DNA of 64,000 bases, from the NCBI GenBank assembly GCA_002189035.1, contig NEEC01000029.1:62001-126000 (forward strand), given 5' to 3'. Below, in pieces: positions 43,018-55,614 of this stretch. The notes beneath the pieces were generated by a model. That model was not told the DNA's origin, made no database searches, and was given only the letters and a program-made list of their open reading frames with translations. Each line of letters starts with the position of its first letter. Position 1 is the stretch's first letter. Both the position numbers and the translations under genes were made by a program. Source of the DNA: Utricularia gibba (lineage: Eukaryota > Plantae > Magnoliophyta).

Positions 43018-44241
43018 TTAGCTGACCAGGTCCGAGTCTTTAGCCTGGCTATCCACAATGAAGCCTGGAAATATCATTGTAATGTCCCTGCCAAAACACA
43101 AGGTTCCGAGTTCGGTGTTGAATTCGATTTCGATTGTAAGTAGCAACAAAGAAAGAGATGGATACCAACCTGAGGTGGGGAATGGTTATGTTACTGATAA
43201 GAGAAGGATACTTGGCAACAAGCAGTTTCCATTCTTCAAAGTCTATTTTCCCCTTGTGTTTCAGATCAGACTCTTGCATCGTCTGCAACACAACCATAGC
43301 GCTTGTTAGAGAATCAAGCTTCAAACCACATCTTGGAAGAAGAAGAGTGATGGTTTGAACGCTACCCTTTCGACTATTACATCCACTTCTTCTTCAGAGA
43401 GATGCAACTCACAATCACTGACTGCAGCCAGCAGCATTTTCTTCAACTGATATTGATAAAAAAAAAAAGAAGCGGTTATATGCCAAGAGAATATAGGATA
43501 TAGGTGGCTGATGGCTTGATACTCACCCCTTCTCGTTCGATATACCCTGTACCCATCACATCATACAATCTGAAAGCAACTGCAGAGAAGCAAACATATC
43601 CTCTGCATCAGCCTCAGGTATAAAAAAACTATGTTGTATGAGGAATTTTTGTCACTCACAGGCTACTTTATCTGATCTCGGTGTGTCAGGGTGGAAAATG
43701 TTTAATGTGTGAACGAATTCTCCGAACTCGATGACCCCATTAACCTTGAGATCAAAGAGCTCAAATAGCTAAAACAAAGAACTTTGGTTAAATCCTTGCG
43801 CAGAAGTGCCAAAATATAAGCAAAAGGCATAAACAAACGCAGAACCTTTTCAGCAAGCAGATTCTTCTTGCTGCTATTATTATAAAGTGCCATCAAGAAC
43901 TCTTCCTGTGGCAAAAGTATCACAATTGAAAACTTGAACAAATAAAGGATCTTGGAATCAGGGAACACTACTGATCTAACCGAAGTTGTACCTTGTGAAT
44001 TTTACCATCATTGATCAATGAGCGGCTTACTTCATCGAACAGTTTATGGAGAGCCTCCACTTGGTTCAGAGTAACTGCGAAAACCCATAACTCAGAAGCC
44101 GTTTAAAGAACCACCAAAAAGCAGGTCTAGAACATGACAATGACGACTCACACGCTGTTGCAGAAGCAAGGGATTCGAGTTCCTGCAGATCGGGGGACCC
44201 TTAACCTCTGTTGGTTTAAAACAACACAATGCTTTAAGCAT
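43018..44241 (-). CDS. CBL: Calcineurin B-like calcium sensor (divergent), 8 coding exons, one apparent frameshift near the N-terminus
   Basis: ATAF|[27 protein letters not shown]|EEFLMALY...LLAEK|[30 protein letters not shown]...KVAF|[16 protein letters not shown]|...|[19 protein letters not shown]...NITIPHLR|DITMIFPGF. Intron positions match the CBL family. The ATG at 44241 needs one extra C at 44192-44196. Confidence 0.85.
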
Positions 44242-46177
44242 ATTTTAGCAAATGAACACCAACTTCCTGCGAAAGTCAATGAACGAATTCAGGAAACCCA
44301 AAAGAAAGAACTTTGCCTCAAACCCACAAACCGTACCATCCTTCTTCAACTCTTACAGAGACGGGTAGTATTTGATTCAGGAGAATCAAGTGAAATACTC
44401 ACCAGTCACCACGCAGTATCCGCCCCACTCAACACTTGTTCTCTGTAGCTGAATTGACCATCCCCTCAACAAGTGGCTAACCTTTTATGAACAATTTGGC
44501 AATATACCATTTTTTTGTGTTTTCCGCCTCTGACTAAATCTCCCAGTTGCCTTCAATCGGGGATACCTCCATCGCACACAGAAGACTTGGCGGTTATGTC
44601 AATATACAGTTTGATTTTCCCATCTACATTAAATAAAATAAATTGACCATGAAAAAAGAATATCAATTATTTACTCCATTTAAATATAATAAATAAGGAG
44701 ACGAGAATATACTGAAGCTAACTAAAACTTCTAGCTTCAAATAGTGTCGTTTCAAAAACAATTTTGGTATCAAATATAAATAATTTTATATTCAATGTAA
44801 TGCTAGAAATCTTGTAAATATATTTTACATTCCTTAAAAAGAGAGAACATAAAAATATAAAAATAGTATGTACGAAGTGAATAATATCATATAAGTAGAA
44901 GATTTATTGTTAAATTTTTTTAAAAAAAATATAGAGATTTAATATATATTTTATTAAAAATATTTATAAGAAATTATATTTTTTAATAAAATGGAAATAT
45001 ACACCATAATCTTTTTCCACGAGTTTGACTTTGCGGGGATCCGCTTCACGCCACGTGTCCCAAGAATAGTGGTCGACATTTTTTCTATTGGTCCACAAGT
45101 TGTAATTTTCTATATAGGTGGATATATACCTCGAAAATTAAATTAAAAAAATAGAATTAATACTATACTTTGCACCTTGGGTTATTATTAACCCAAACAT
45201 GGTACCACTTGCTCTGCGTCAATGTTATAAATATATTTCGATCTTAAAAAGATAATCGCCCGATCACGACGAATTCGAGTAAATCTGTAAAATTGACGAT
45301 ATTAATTAAAATAATAATATTTTGAAAATGTCAAATTAGCATATTCCCTCTTGTGTCCTGTAGCATCACAGCATGCATGCACAAGCACGGAAACTGGTGG
45401 CGGAGGGATTTTTTTAACCAATGAAATATAAAATATTTGATTAATAAATTAGTTTGACATTATAAGGGTAATTTAGGAAATCAAAAAAAGTAAATGGGCT
45501 TATTGACCTGGGCTCAAGTTTGAGCCTAAGCCTGACTATTTTAAATAACTATTAAATTATAAATTACTTTAAAAATAATTTTATTATCAAATATAAATAA
45601 TTTTATCACATAAAACTCAAAAACTTAACTAGTATTTGATTGATGGAAGTTAAATAAAATAAATTTAATATAGAGAAATTAATTTTTTTGGATAACATTT
45701 ACTTATTGAAATTAGAAATGAAATTAATTGGTTTTTAAGTAAAGCAAAAGAAGAATGTGATTTAAAATAAAACTCTAAATAAGAAATTAAAAAACGCATG
45801 TAATCATGAACATATTTCATCTTATAATTTATAATTTTACTTTTAAATCTATATGATCTCATCAATGAAAAATACTTTTAGAAGTAGTTATTTTTAAGAT
45901 GTTACAAAATTTATTTTCTACTCTTTGAAAATTATTTATCAAAAAATATTTTTCAATAAGTTATACCAAGCATAACCTAAGATTCATATATATTCATGTT
46001 TTTGAATTTTCTGAAGAATTCCTATGTATGATGGATTCTACAAAACCCATACAGAAAGTAACAAACCAATAAGCAATATGAACTTTACATGTTGCTATCA
46101 ATGGAGTTGTTCAACCTACCTTGAAAGTGATCCTGAAAGTAGGCCAGTGGGCAATGATGGCAGCAAATCTGTGTTCA

Positions 46178-47995
46178 TCAGTGGCTACAAGAACAAGTTC
46201 CTTGTCTGAAGCAGTGGTATGTGTTTCTATCCCTGACAAAGATTTCTCTTTGATAGATCACTGATATTAGTTTTGTATAGTTATGGCAATCCCTGCACAT
46301 TCTTACATTTCTGGCTATTCTTATGGGACTTCCCTCAGCTGTCTCCATTAGTGAAAAAGCAATTGCCAGCTTCTGGCTATGAGACCTCAGCCTCTGCTTC
46401 TTCTCTTGCTCATCTACATCAAGCAGAACTTGTGATGTGTCTGCAGAATACCCCTCAAATCTCAGCTGCCACTCCATCTGATGAAGCATTTCATAGATGG
46501 CATGGCTTCTAGAATGTGACCGGTCATTCGACATGAATCTGTGTATTTTCCTCTTTATTACAACGAAGCTAGATCCGGGCTCCTTTTGCAGCCCAGAATG
46601 GACCATTTCTGTCCGGATCTTGGCAGCATCTTGCCATCTTTGAGCCTGGGCATACATATTGCAGAGAACTAGATAGTCACCAGCATTGCTGAAGCTTTTC
46701 TCATGGAGAAGATTGTTGGCTGCTACTTCCCCTATTTCTACATTGCCATGAGCTTTGCATGAACTGAGAAGACTGCGCCAAATGACAGCATTTGGCTCAA
46801 CCTGCATGCTTCTTATGATGTCTAGAGCAGCTTCCAAACGCCCAGCTCTCCCCAAGAGTTCCACCATGCAACCATAATGTTGAATTGTTGGCTGGATTCC
46901 ATGCTCCAGTCTCATTCTGTCAAAATACTCCATTCCCTTTTCAACTAAACCTCCATTGCTACAAGAATTAAGAACTCCCACATATGTCACTTCATCTGGC
47001 TTTAACCCCTCATCCTGCATTTTTGAAAAAATTCTCAGAGCTTCTTCCCAGAGGCCGTGAACTGCTAAGCCAGAAATTACTACGCTATATGATTTCTGAT
47101 TCCTGTTGTCCATTTCTTGAAACAGGAGCAATGCTTTGTCTAAGCTTCCACAGTTCATATACATGTCTATTAAGGATGTGGTCACAGCAACATTGGATTC
47201 AGACAAGTTCCTTAAAATGTAACCATGCACAGACCTCCCATAATCAAGAGCACCTAAATGGTTGCAAGCTGAGAGAACACTCACCAGTGTACTCTCCTCA
47301 GCCCGGCAGCCGCCTTTGCAGTTCATGTCCCTGAAAAGCCGAAGACAATCATTCCATAAGGAGACATATGCATAAGCTGCTATGAGGGAGCTCCAGGAAG
47401 CCACAGTTCTCCTATCCATATGCTCAAAAACGCAGCAAGAATTAGACACTAAACCACATTTCCCATACATGTTAATCAAACTGTTCTGCACAAACACATC
47501 TTCCATAAACCCCAGCTTGTAAACCTGCCCATGGATCTGCATTCCTTCCTTATCTGCAGACAGTTGAGAGCAGGCCTTGATCAGAGGAGGAAATGTGAAG
47601 TTTTCAGGCTCTGCCCCAAATTCCAGCATCTCAAAGTAAGTGTTGATGGCATTTTCTGATTCCATTACCTTTGCATATCCCCTAATCATCACATTGAAAT
47701 CAAAGGAACAAGGATCATCTATTTGTCGAAAAATCGAGCAGGCGTAATCCATGCTGCCCCATTCTGAAAGGGCACACGAAGCTACAAGATTACTAGCGCA
47801 AAATGGACTCAACATCATCCCTAGTTTGATGACTAGGCCATGGAACTGCTTCAACTCCTCCATATTTTTGCATTTCTTCATCTGCAAAACACATTCCTGC
47901 TCTCCCAAGATGAAATCAGCACCTGGGGCGGTTCTGGTATGCTCCTGCAAAATCAAAACCTCATGGGCATGATTCACCAGAGATGCCCCCAACAT
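46178..47995 (-). CDS. PLS-class pentatricopeptide repeat protein with E and DYW-type domain (At1g31920-like from memory), intronless
   Basis: 605-aa ORF with PLS repeats (...TVASWSSLIAAY..., ...SYSVVISGLAVHG..., ...HYGCMVELLGRAG...), E domain (KEPGSSFV), and deaminase-like domain HSQKLAIAF...CRDCH ending CSCSH*. Confidence 0.93.
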   Translation of the reverse strand: MLGASLVNHAHEVLILQEHTRTAPGADFILGEQECVLQMKKCKNMEELKQFHGLVIKLGMMLSPFCASNLVASCALSEWGSMDYACSIFRQIDDPCSFDFNVMIRGYAKVMESENAINTYFEMLEFGAEPENFTFPPLIKACSQLSADKEGMQIHGQVYKLGFMEDVFVQNSLINMYGKCGLVSNSCCVFEHMDRRTVASWSSLIAAYAYVSLWNDCLRLFRDMNCKGGCRAEESTLVSVLSACNHLGALDYGRSVHGYILRNLSESNVAVTTSLIDMYMNCGSLDKALLLFQEMDNRNQKSYSVVISGLAVHGLWEEALRIFSKMQDEGLKPDEVTYVGVLNSCSNGGLVEKGMEYFDRMRLEHGIQPTIQHYGCMVELLGRAGRLEAALDIIRSMQVEPNAVIWRSLLSSCKAHGNVEIGEVAANNLLHEKSFSNAGDYLVLCNMYAQAQRWQDAAKIRTEMVHSGLQKEPGSSFVVIKRKIHRFMSNDRSHSRSHAIYEMLHQMEWQLRFEGYSADTSQVLLDVDEQEKKQRLRSHSQKLAIAFSLMETAEGSPIRIARNVRMCRDCHNYTKLISVIYQREIFVRDRNTYHCFRQGTCSCSH

Positions 47996-48877
47996 ACTGG
48001 TTCTCTACATCACTCACCACAACCCATGTATAGCAAAAGAAGCACAAAAGCGAATGTACTTCTTGCAGAAACAAAAAAAAAGTGATCGTTTAGTAAATTC
48101 TATATTACTTATTTGTCTTTGCATGAAGGAAATCCAGAAATCACCATTGCTCTGTACATGCGGGGACTTGAGAGTTACATGAAGCAACTTCAGCCACATG
48201 ATTCCGGCTCCTCGTGGATAGGATAACATCGGCTCTTGATAAATGGGCCCCGCAGAGAGCCATTTATTATTATTTTTTTCTTTTGTGGTGGTATCATTTT
48301 GGGCTTCACCAAATTTGTCCAAATGCCAGGTCCATTAAAGTGAGGTCCAAATTCTTTCAATCTGATAATTATTTATAATAGAATAAATACAAAATAACAT
48401 TTTATATTTATTTAAGATATATTCCAACAGTTTTCAAAATAACTCTAAAAAATGATTTTGTATAAATGTTTTTTTGAAGCAATTTGTATTTGATCCACCA
48501 ACTTCAAAAATATAGAAGCAAAACTTGTTTATTGTAATTTATTTAATACAAAGTTTTTATTTTTAATGATATTACTAATTTATCCTCATTAATTATTGGA
48601 ATTAAAATAAAGTGAGGGTAAAATAAGTAATTATATTTAAAAAATGCTTCATTTTTTATAGGAGCACGGTATCTCAACTTATCAAAAAAAAAAAAAAAAA
48701 TTACTTTGAAATTGAAACAGAAACAATGCATATTTTATCCGAAAATCAATTTTAAAAATATTTTTATTGAATTTGGAGTTGTATCAAAACCCACTCTTAT
48801 TATCCTTGTTTGACAAACGCGACTTTATTGAAATTGCAGTGGAAGGAACGGTATCTCCTCCGGCGGCTAGATCGGAT

Positions 48878-50054
48878 TCAGACGTACTGCTTCAGATATT
48901 CATGCATTCTCTTGTACTTGACTTGCGGATACAGCGACGAAGCTTCTACATCGTCTTCCCCAAGTTCAAAGTTGGTGGAGCTTCCCTGGTAGAAAATGTG
49001 GTAGAAATGGCAGATCCCGACCTGCTCGGCAAACACAGTGTCTGCATCTGCATAGAACAGGGGTGTTATATGGTAGAAGAAGCGTGATTGGTTCATGCTG
49101 TGAAACCTACCGTTGAGCCTCGCTAGGAAATCCTCTTCCGGAATGGGTGTTTTCTCCAAGGTTTTTCCGGATACCTTCTCCCACTCTGCAACCAGTTCCC
49201 TCTGCGTCAGAAAGTTCTCCTTCGGCCTTATGTGGAGCGTCTTGTTCAGTGTTCGAGGGCCGTCGATCGCCATGACTGTGTACGTTGCCACGTCGTCTTC
49301 ATCCATGAAGATTGCTGGCATGGAAAAAGGGAAAAGACTGTGGATTGCGCTATTCGTATCTTATCAAGAGAGTGAGTAGTATGAAGTAAATGACGGTACT
49401 TTTGACATCTCCGCTTCCATAGATGAAGACTCTGTTTTCCGGCGGAAGAAGGGCGCCCATCTGGGAGAGGTTTCCGGCGAAGTATCCTCCGAAACAATTG
49501 GCAACGACGTAAGTATGTGGGATGTTAGCTTCCTCGATCGCCCTCCTCACCACCATCTTCTCGTCGAACGTGACTCGCCCTGGCGCCAGGGAATGTCCCA
49601 TTCTCCCCGGATCTAACCCGAACTCCGATGGCAAGAACCTCTGCAACACGTAATTCAAGAATACAAAAACGCCATTCATTTAATCATCTTTGCCAGGGGA
49701 GAAGCGAAGCTTCAGTTTCCTCACCTTCACATTCCCTGCTTCTTCAATAGCTTTCACGAGCTCCAGCTGCATCAGCAAATTGTGGCTTCGGAAATGAACG
49801 CCGGACATGGCGCTGATCACGACATCGACCTGCTTCACAGCGTCTACGAGACTCCGGCGATCGGCGAAGGAGGCGTGGAGGATGGTCGCCCCCTGCTTCT
49901 TGAAATGGAGCAGCGTCTGCAACTTGTCGATATCCAAGCCGATCTCTCGGCGGCATAGAACGAATGTCCGGTGCCCTGCCGCGAGGCTCGCCGCCACGAT
50001 CCTCTTACCGATGTACCCCGTTGCGCCAACCACCAAAACTCTACTCTTCGCCAT
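48878..50054 (-). CDS. PLR: Pinoresinol-lariciresinol reductase / isoflavone reductase-like NmrA family protein, 4 exons
   Basis: MAKSRVLVVGATGYIGKRIV, DVVISAMSGVHFRSHNL, RFLPSEFGLDP, FDEKMVVRRAIEEANIPHTYVVANCFGGYF, IDGPRTLNKTLHIRP, EASSLYPQVKY. The exact substrate cannot be inferred. Confidence 0.9.
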
Positions 50055-50734
50055 CAGGGAAACAGCAGGGGGTGGGGGGCGGCTCTGGGGCGAGACAGAG
50101 GAAGGAGATCGATCCCTTTTATTGACGACTTCATCTGTGGCAGTTGTAGCGGTTTCAGACGTTGAGTTCACATCAACCTTGTCTTTTTTCAATGTTAAAT
50201 AAATTGTTTTGGGCAAATATTATTATTTTTTATATTTTAAATTCTATAATAAATGAAACGCGCACCAAGGGCAATTTAGTCAACAAAACTTTCTTATTTT
50301 TTTCCAGAATTGCGGGGTTGGTTTGGTTGGCACCAACTACTATTTCGCTGGCATGACGTCAGTATGATGCGAATACGAATATTAAAAAATTCGTTACCTA
50401 ACATCCTAAAAATGATAAAATTTCCTAAATTGTAATATAAACAATAAGTTGTCTTTTTAGAATTTGGAGTAGGTGCAGGATTTTAATTTGAATAAAATAT
50501 ACTAAAATTGTAATTAAATAAATTTAATTTAATTAAATATTGATTAAATCACCGAAAGCAGAATTTGAATTTCTTTTCTCCGTCGTCCTGGTTAAGTGGT
50601 TGACAGCTTGTTTTGATGCCTTTTTTTGTATTTGATTTCATCTTCCTGGACGTAAGCACACGCCCACCGGATTCTTCTTTTATCTCTATGGAATAGTTTG
50701 TACGATCCTACCCCGTTTCTCACACTCGACAGCC

Positions 50735-52186
50735 ATGAGTCTCTTCGGCCTTGGCAGGTGAAATTTCATCTTCTTTGTACGGTTATTTCGTGTTGCGTTG
50801 TGGGTGTTTGTGTTTGATCTGGAAGGGGGATTTGGATGTGCTGTTCCCTGATTGGGATCGGCTTTTTAGTTGATGGGTGGATGGCGCGTGTTTTGTCATC
50901 TGGGTGTTTTGCGTATCATGGGATTTTGCCCGTTTCGTGGGTGAAATTTTGACGGAGATTACGAGGTGGGGGATGAAGCTTGTTAATTTAATCTAAGGAA
51001 CTTGTTTTGATGGAAGCTGATTGTAGAATTGGGATTGGTTTATGGCTTTTCAGGGTTTGGTGGAATTCTGTATTGATTCTTGTATTAAATGTTTCTGAAG
51101 CGTTATTGTTGTTTGGGTTGATGTTTTCTGCAGAAATCAGAAAACATTCCGCCCTAAAAAGAGTGGCCCATCAGGAAGCAAGGTAGATAACAGAAGAGAA
51201 GTATCTCTTCAATGATGATGCTGCAAATTGAGCATAAATTAATGACATTCTGTGTTTCTTCTTCTTTTGTTTGTGTTGAGCGTATGAATGAGCGTCGTTT
51301 ATTTCAGGGAGCACAGCTAAGACAACATATTGATGCCACTCTGGGAAGTGGTAACTTGAGAGAAGCCGTAAGGCTACCTCCAGGAGAGGATATCAACGAG
51401 TGGCTAGCCGTCAACAGTAAGCTCTGATACTCACAATGACTCATTTTTGTATCCCCTGTTTTGCTTCTTCTAATCAACCTGAAATTTTCCAACATCCAGC
51501 CGTTGATTTCTTCAACCAGGTGAATCTTCTGTATGGCACTCTCACAGAGTTCTGCACACCAGGGAACTGTCCTACAATGTCTGCTGGCTCAAAGTATGGA
51601 AATTTCACTTATTCTTTCAACTGAAATAGCCCAGATTTATGCATAACTTATACTACGAATTGAATGCAGGTATGAATACAGATGGGCAGATGGGGTGCAG
51701 ATAAAGAAGCCCATAGAAGTTTCTGCTCCAAAATACGTAGAGTATCTAATGGATTGGATCGAAACGCAGCTCGACAACGAGTCAATCTTTCCTCAAAAAC
51801 TTGGTAAATTCACAATCCCCTTCCCTTTGATGGCTTGCTTGAGACAGTCGCTCTCTTCTGCTAACACAAGAGACTTCCAGGCACCCCATTTCCTCATAAC
51901 TTCAAAGAAGTAGTGAAGACCATCTTCAAGCGTCTGTTCCGCGTATACGCCCACATATACCACTCTCACTTTCAGAAGATCGTGAGTCTCAAAGAGGAAG
52001 CTCATCTGAACACATGTTTCAAGCATTTCATACTGTTTACCTGTGTAAGCAACACCCCTTCCGAAGCACTCACTCAATTCATATACCACACCTCACTGTG
52101 ATCTACTGCTGCAGGAATTCCAGCTGATTGATAAGAAGGAACTCGCTCCTCTTCAAGAGCTCATAGAGAGCATCGTCCCCTACTAG
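50735..52186 (+). CDS. MOB1: MOB kinase activator 1, 7 exons
   Basis: MSLFGLGR|[16 protein letters not shown]|[36 protein letters not shown]|[13 protein letters not shown]...|YEYRWADG...[12 protein letters not shown]...|...[17 protein letters not shown]...|[23 protein letters not shown]. Confidence 0.97.
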
Positions 52187-52403
52187 AAATGGCACCCATC
52201 CCTCCATTTCAGAACATATTATTCTAGCATTCAGAGCTTGATTTTTACTGCTTCTGAACCCTTTTTTTGAGCATAACTTCAAGTGTACCGTACTGATATC
52301 GGGCTTCGCCCTTTGGGATACAATATTTATTAGAATAAATTAGTCCCCCTTTCGAAAAATGAAACAAATGCACGTGTAGAAGTTTACCATTTGTTTTTTT
52401 ATG

Positions 52404-52524
52404 TGGGCTTTGGTCTAGACTGGGCCCAAATGGGCTCTAGTTGGGATGGACTATGAGTGGGCCTAAGGGAATTTCAATGAATAATAACTAAACTGAAGCC
52501 CACTATACTAAATCCAAACCCTAG
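52404..52524 (+). promoter_or_regulatory. Cluster of five site II elements plus telo-box (housekeeping-type promoter)
   Basis: TGGGCT 52404, TGGGCC 52421, TGGGCT 52431, TGGGCC 52458, AGCCCA 52497, AAACCCTAG 52516-52524. Confidence 0.6.
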
Positions 52525-54164
52525 TGCGGATATGAATTTCAACAGCTGTGGTTCAATTCTGCTACTGGAATGTTGATCCTTTTTGAATTTGAGTTGGGAT
52601 CAATCGAAAAGTGTGGTAAAGAGAAAAGCCCAAGACAGAGAAGGATGGGTTCTTCTTTTTGTGTGAAGAGAATGGGAGCATCGGCACACAAGGTGGCGCC
52701 TTGTCCAAGTTATTCTGCAAAAGGAAAGCATTGGAGGTAAAGGAAAGGGAGGGCCTCGGGAACCAGTAAAATCAGGACAACAATATCTTACCTTTGCATA
52801 TCCGTCCATCATTCAGACCTTTCACATTCCTTTTGTTTCTTCAGATGTTGCTTCCATTTTGATGGAGGATTTGAATTAAAAAAACGTAAAGCTCGAACCG
52901 AGCGCCAAACTGCATGGTTTGGAGTTGGGCCCTGCCTGCTGAACAGCATAGAAATGCAAGCACAGGGTAAATGGCAGTCTGCAACCTGTCTGGAGCCGAC
53001 TCCCCATTTTAGAGTGGCCACCGGATAATGGCGGCGTTAAAGTCTCTATAAAAAAAACCCCGTGATAGTCTCTGGTTTCCCATCTGCACAGCCCACAGTC
53101 GCACCACCAACACGGATTCATCCCCCTGTATCCAAATATTGAAATTTCGAGTCTGATAGGCTACTCTATTGGCATCAACTCAGAAGCCCAGAAGCGTGCG
53201 AAGTCGCTGTTTGTTTTTCATGAGGGGAAAAGAAAGCCCGGCGGAAACTACCCCCAGTTAAAGTTTTCTGATCGCCTGCATGAGTATGAGACTTTTATTT
53301 GTTAAGTCTTGATGGGATTTCTATTGGCATTTCGTCTTTTTTCCCATTTCTGAAATGTCGAAGAGTTCTGGGTAACAAAATAAGTCTCAATGATCATTGA
53401 GAACCTAGCAATGTCGATTAAAGTGTGGTCATTTCTGATACTTGGTGTTTCATGTATTTGGAGTCAGTTTTGAATTTCTGTGTTTCTGAAGTTAAAGTTG
53501 GTGATGGGGTTGCTTCATCCGTTAACATGAAGTCGTGATCACTTAATGCTCATCGTACGGGTTCTTCAATATGTTTGACATGTGCTTTCATTGCGCGCCA
53601 ATTGAAGCATTCAATTTGGCTTCAAGAACAGCCTTTTGTGAACTCCTAACCCATTTTTCTCTGTCTCCATCTTCATGTAAGAAGCTATGTTCTGTTAATT
53701 GTGTGCATAGTGTGAGTTTTTACCATCAAAAAAGCGGAGAGGGAAAAAGGCGGTGTGCTTCGTTTTTCCGGATCAAAAACCTGCAGAGAAATCCTCATTC
53801 TTTATTGTTCTTTATGGACATCAAAACAGATGCAGAGGCGCAGCAGCGCACTTTGCTATTTTTTGCAGTCAATTATACATCTATTCATGTACCCTACTCA
53901 CTTCTCTTGCTTCTTTAATCTCTGCCTCCGCTGATCCCGAGTCTGTTTACCCCTCTCTATAACCTATTTCCTTTTATTTATTACACTTTCCATCATGCTT
54001 GAGGAAGAAGGGCATTGGTGTGTTGCAGTGACATGGAATATGCCTGTTTTCTAGGCATTTGTAGAACAAGGGTCTTGTATTTGGTTCCATTCTCCGCCAC
54101 TCAAGAAGTGCTTTGTTTCAGGTGAAGAAGAAGAAGACGAGGAAGTACTAAGAAAAGGGTAAAG

Positions 54165-55479
54165 ATGTTAACTTGCATTGGTTGCTCCAAGCAGAGAATG
54201 GAAGATAGTGACGAGGAGGCTCAGCCTGATACCAAAGACTCGATCAGAACCTTGACTTCTCAGGTTCTCCAACTTTAAAACAGTAGCATTTCCTTCTGCT
54301 TCTTTGCTTCATCTTCTTCCTCCATGTTTAAATAAAAAAGAAGCAGAAAATCTTATGTCACCATGAAAGTGACGTTTCAAGCATCCATATTTAATTTGGT
54401 ATAGACATGTTTTGTTTTGTGTGGCAAGGATGATGCTGTCGGGTTCTGTATCCTCAGTTCCTCACCTAACATCCTTTGGTCCCATTCCCTTGTTTTGATC
54501 GTGTTGCTGTTTTTCCTCACCTTGGATTTTAAGGAATTTATGGCTCAAAGCAGATGAATATTCCCTTTAGTTGCTGTTATTAACAGATCAAAGGTATAGC
54601 TCTGAAGGTCTCAGGAGTGCAGAAGGGAAAGGCAGCTGCCGGAAAAGCCTCACATTCTCCTCATCCATGGGATGCCCCTGAGTCGACCTCATCGCAGCCG
54701 CCCCAAGACGAAGCTGAACCCAAAGAATGGATAGCTCAGGTGGAGCCAGGAGTGCAGATAACCTTCATATCACTTCCTCAAGGAGGGAATGACCTCAAAA
54801 AAATCCGTTTCAGGTACTGGTTCCAGCAAGCTGTGCTTATGACCATCTCTGATATAAATTGCTCAACTTTCATCTCTTGGATAGCCGAGGGATGTTTGAC
54901 AAATGGCAAGCTCAAAGGTGGTGGGCAGAAAACTATGATCGGATCATGGAACTCTACAATGTGCAGAGGTTCAGTCAGCAAGCTCTCACTACACCCGGGA
55001 GATATGAGGATGGCGTATGGTGTTCTCTGACTTTAGCTCTCTCTGGGAGGCGGTTGTAATCAAACTTCTGTGTCTTCTTTTTTCTTTTGCGGCAGAGAGA
55101 TTCAACCTACTCAAGAACTGGTTCTGCACTGGAAAGTCCTCCAATCCCACAAGAATATGGCGGATCAACCTCCAGCAGTTACCTGCTGAAGGGCGACATG
55201 GAGGCATCAGCCTCCATAAGCAATGCGAGTGAAGTTGAGGTGGAGTGGATCGAAGAAGACGAGCCGGGCATTTACATCACCATCCGGAAGCTAATCGACG
55301 GCACTCGAGAGCTCCGTCGGGTTAGGTTCAGGTACATGTAGCTTGAGTTACTATATGCAATCAACAATCAGGGGATCACAGTTAGTTTTTGCAGCCGAGA
55401 ACGGTTTGGGGAGGTGGACGCGAAGCTGTGGTGGGAGACAAATAGAGACAGGATTCAGTCACAGTATCTTAACTTGTAG
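54165..55479 (+). CDS. BRX: BREVIS RADIX family protein (second copy), 5 exons
   Basis: MLTCIGCSKQ...SIRTLTSQ|IKGIALKVSG...EWIAQVEPGVQITF...GGNDLKKIRF|SRGMFDKWQAQRWWAENYDRIMELYNVQRF...|...EWIEEDEPGIYITIR...ELRRVRF|SRERFGEVDAKLWWETNRDRIQSQYLNL*. Candidate TATA box at ~53048 and a long 5' UTR intron ending at ~54121. Confidence 0.93.
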
Positions 55480-55614
55480 AACTTGGTAAAAGCACACTAA
55501 CAGGTTTCAAGCCTAACGAAATACATGGAGAGGAGACGGTGAATCCAGCAATGCAGATTCTTACACCGTTGAAGAAGGAACTCAAACCAGAACAGCAGTG
55601 TTCTTCTGTAACAG

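Noticed and set aside
45490-45540. Short hairpin GGCTCAA-GT-TTGAGCC in an AT-rich spacer as a MITE or Helitron end
   Set aside because: Only a 7-bp stem, with no partner terminal repeat or target-site duplication found.
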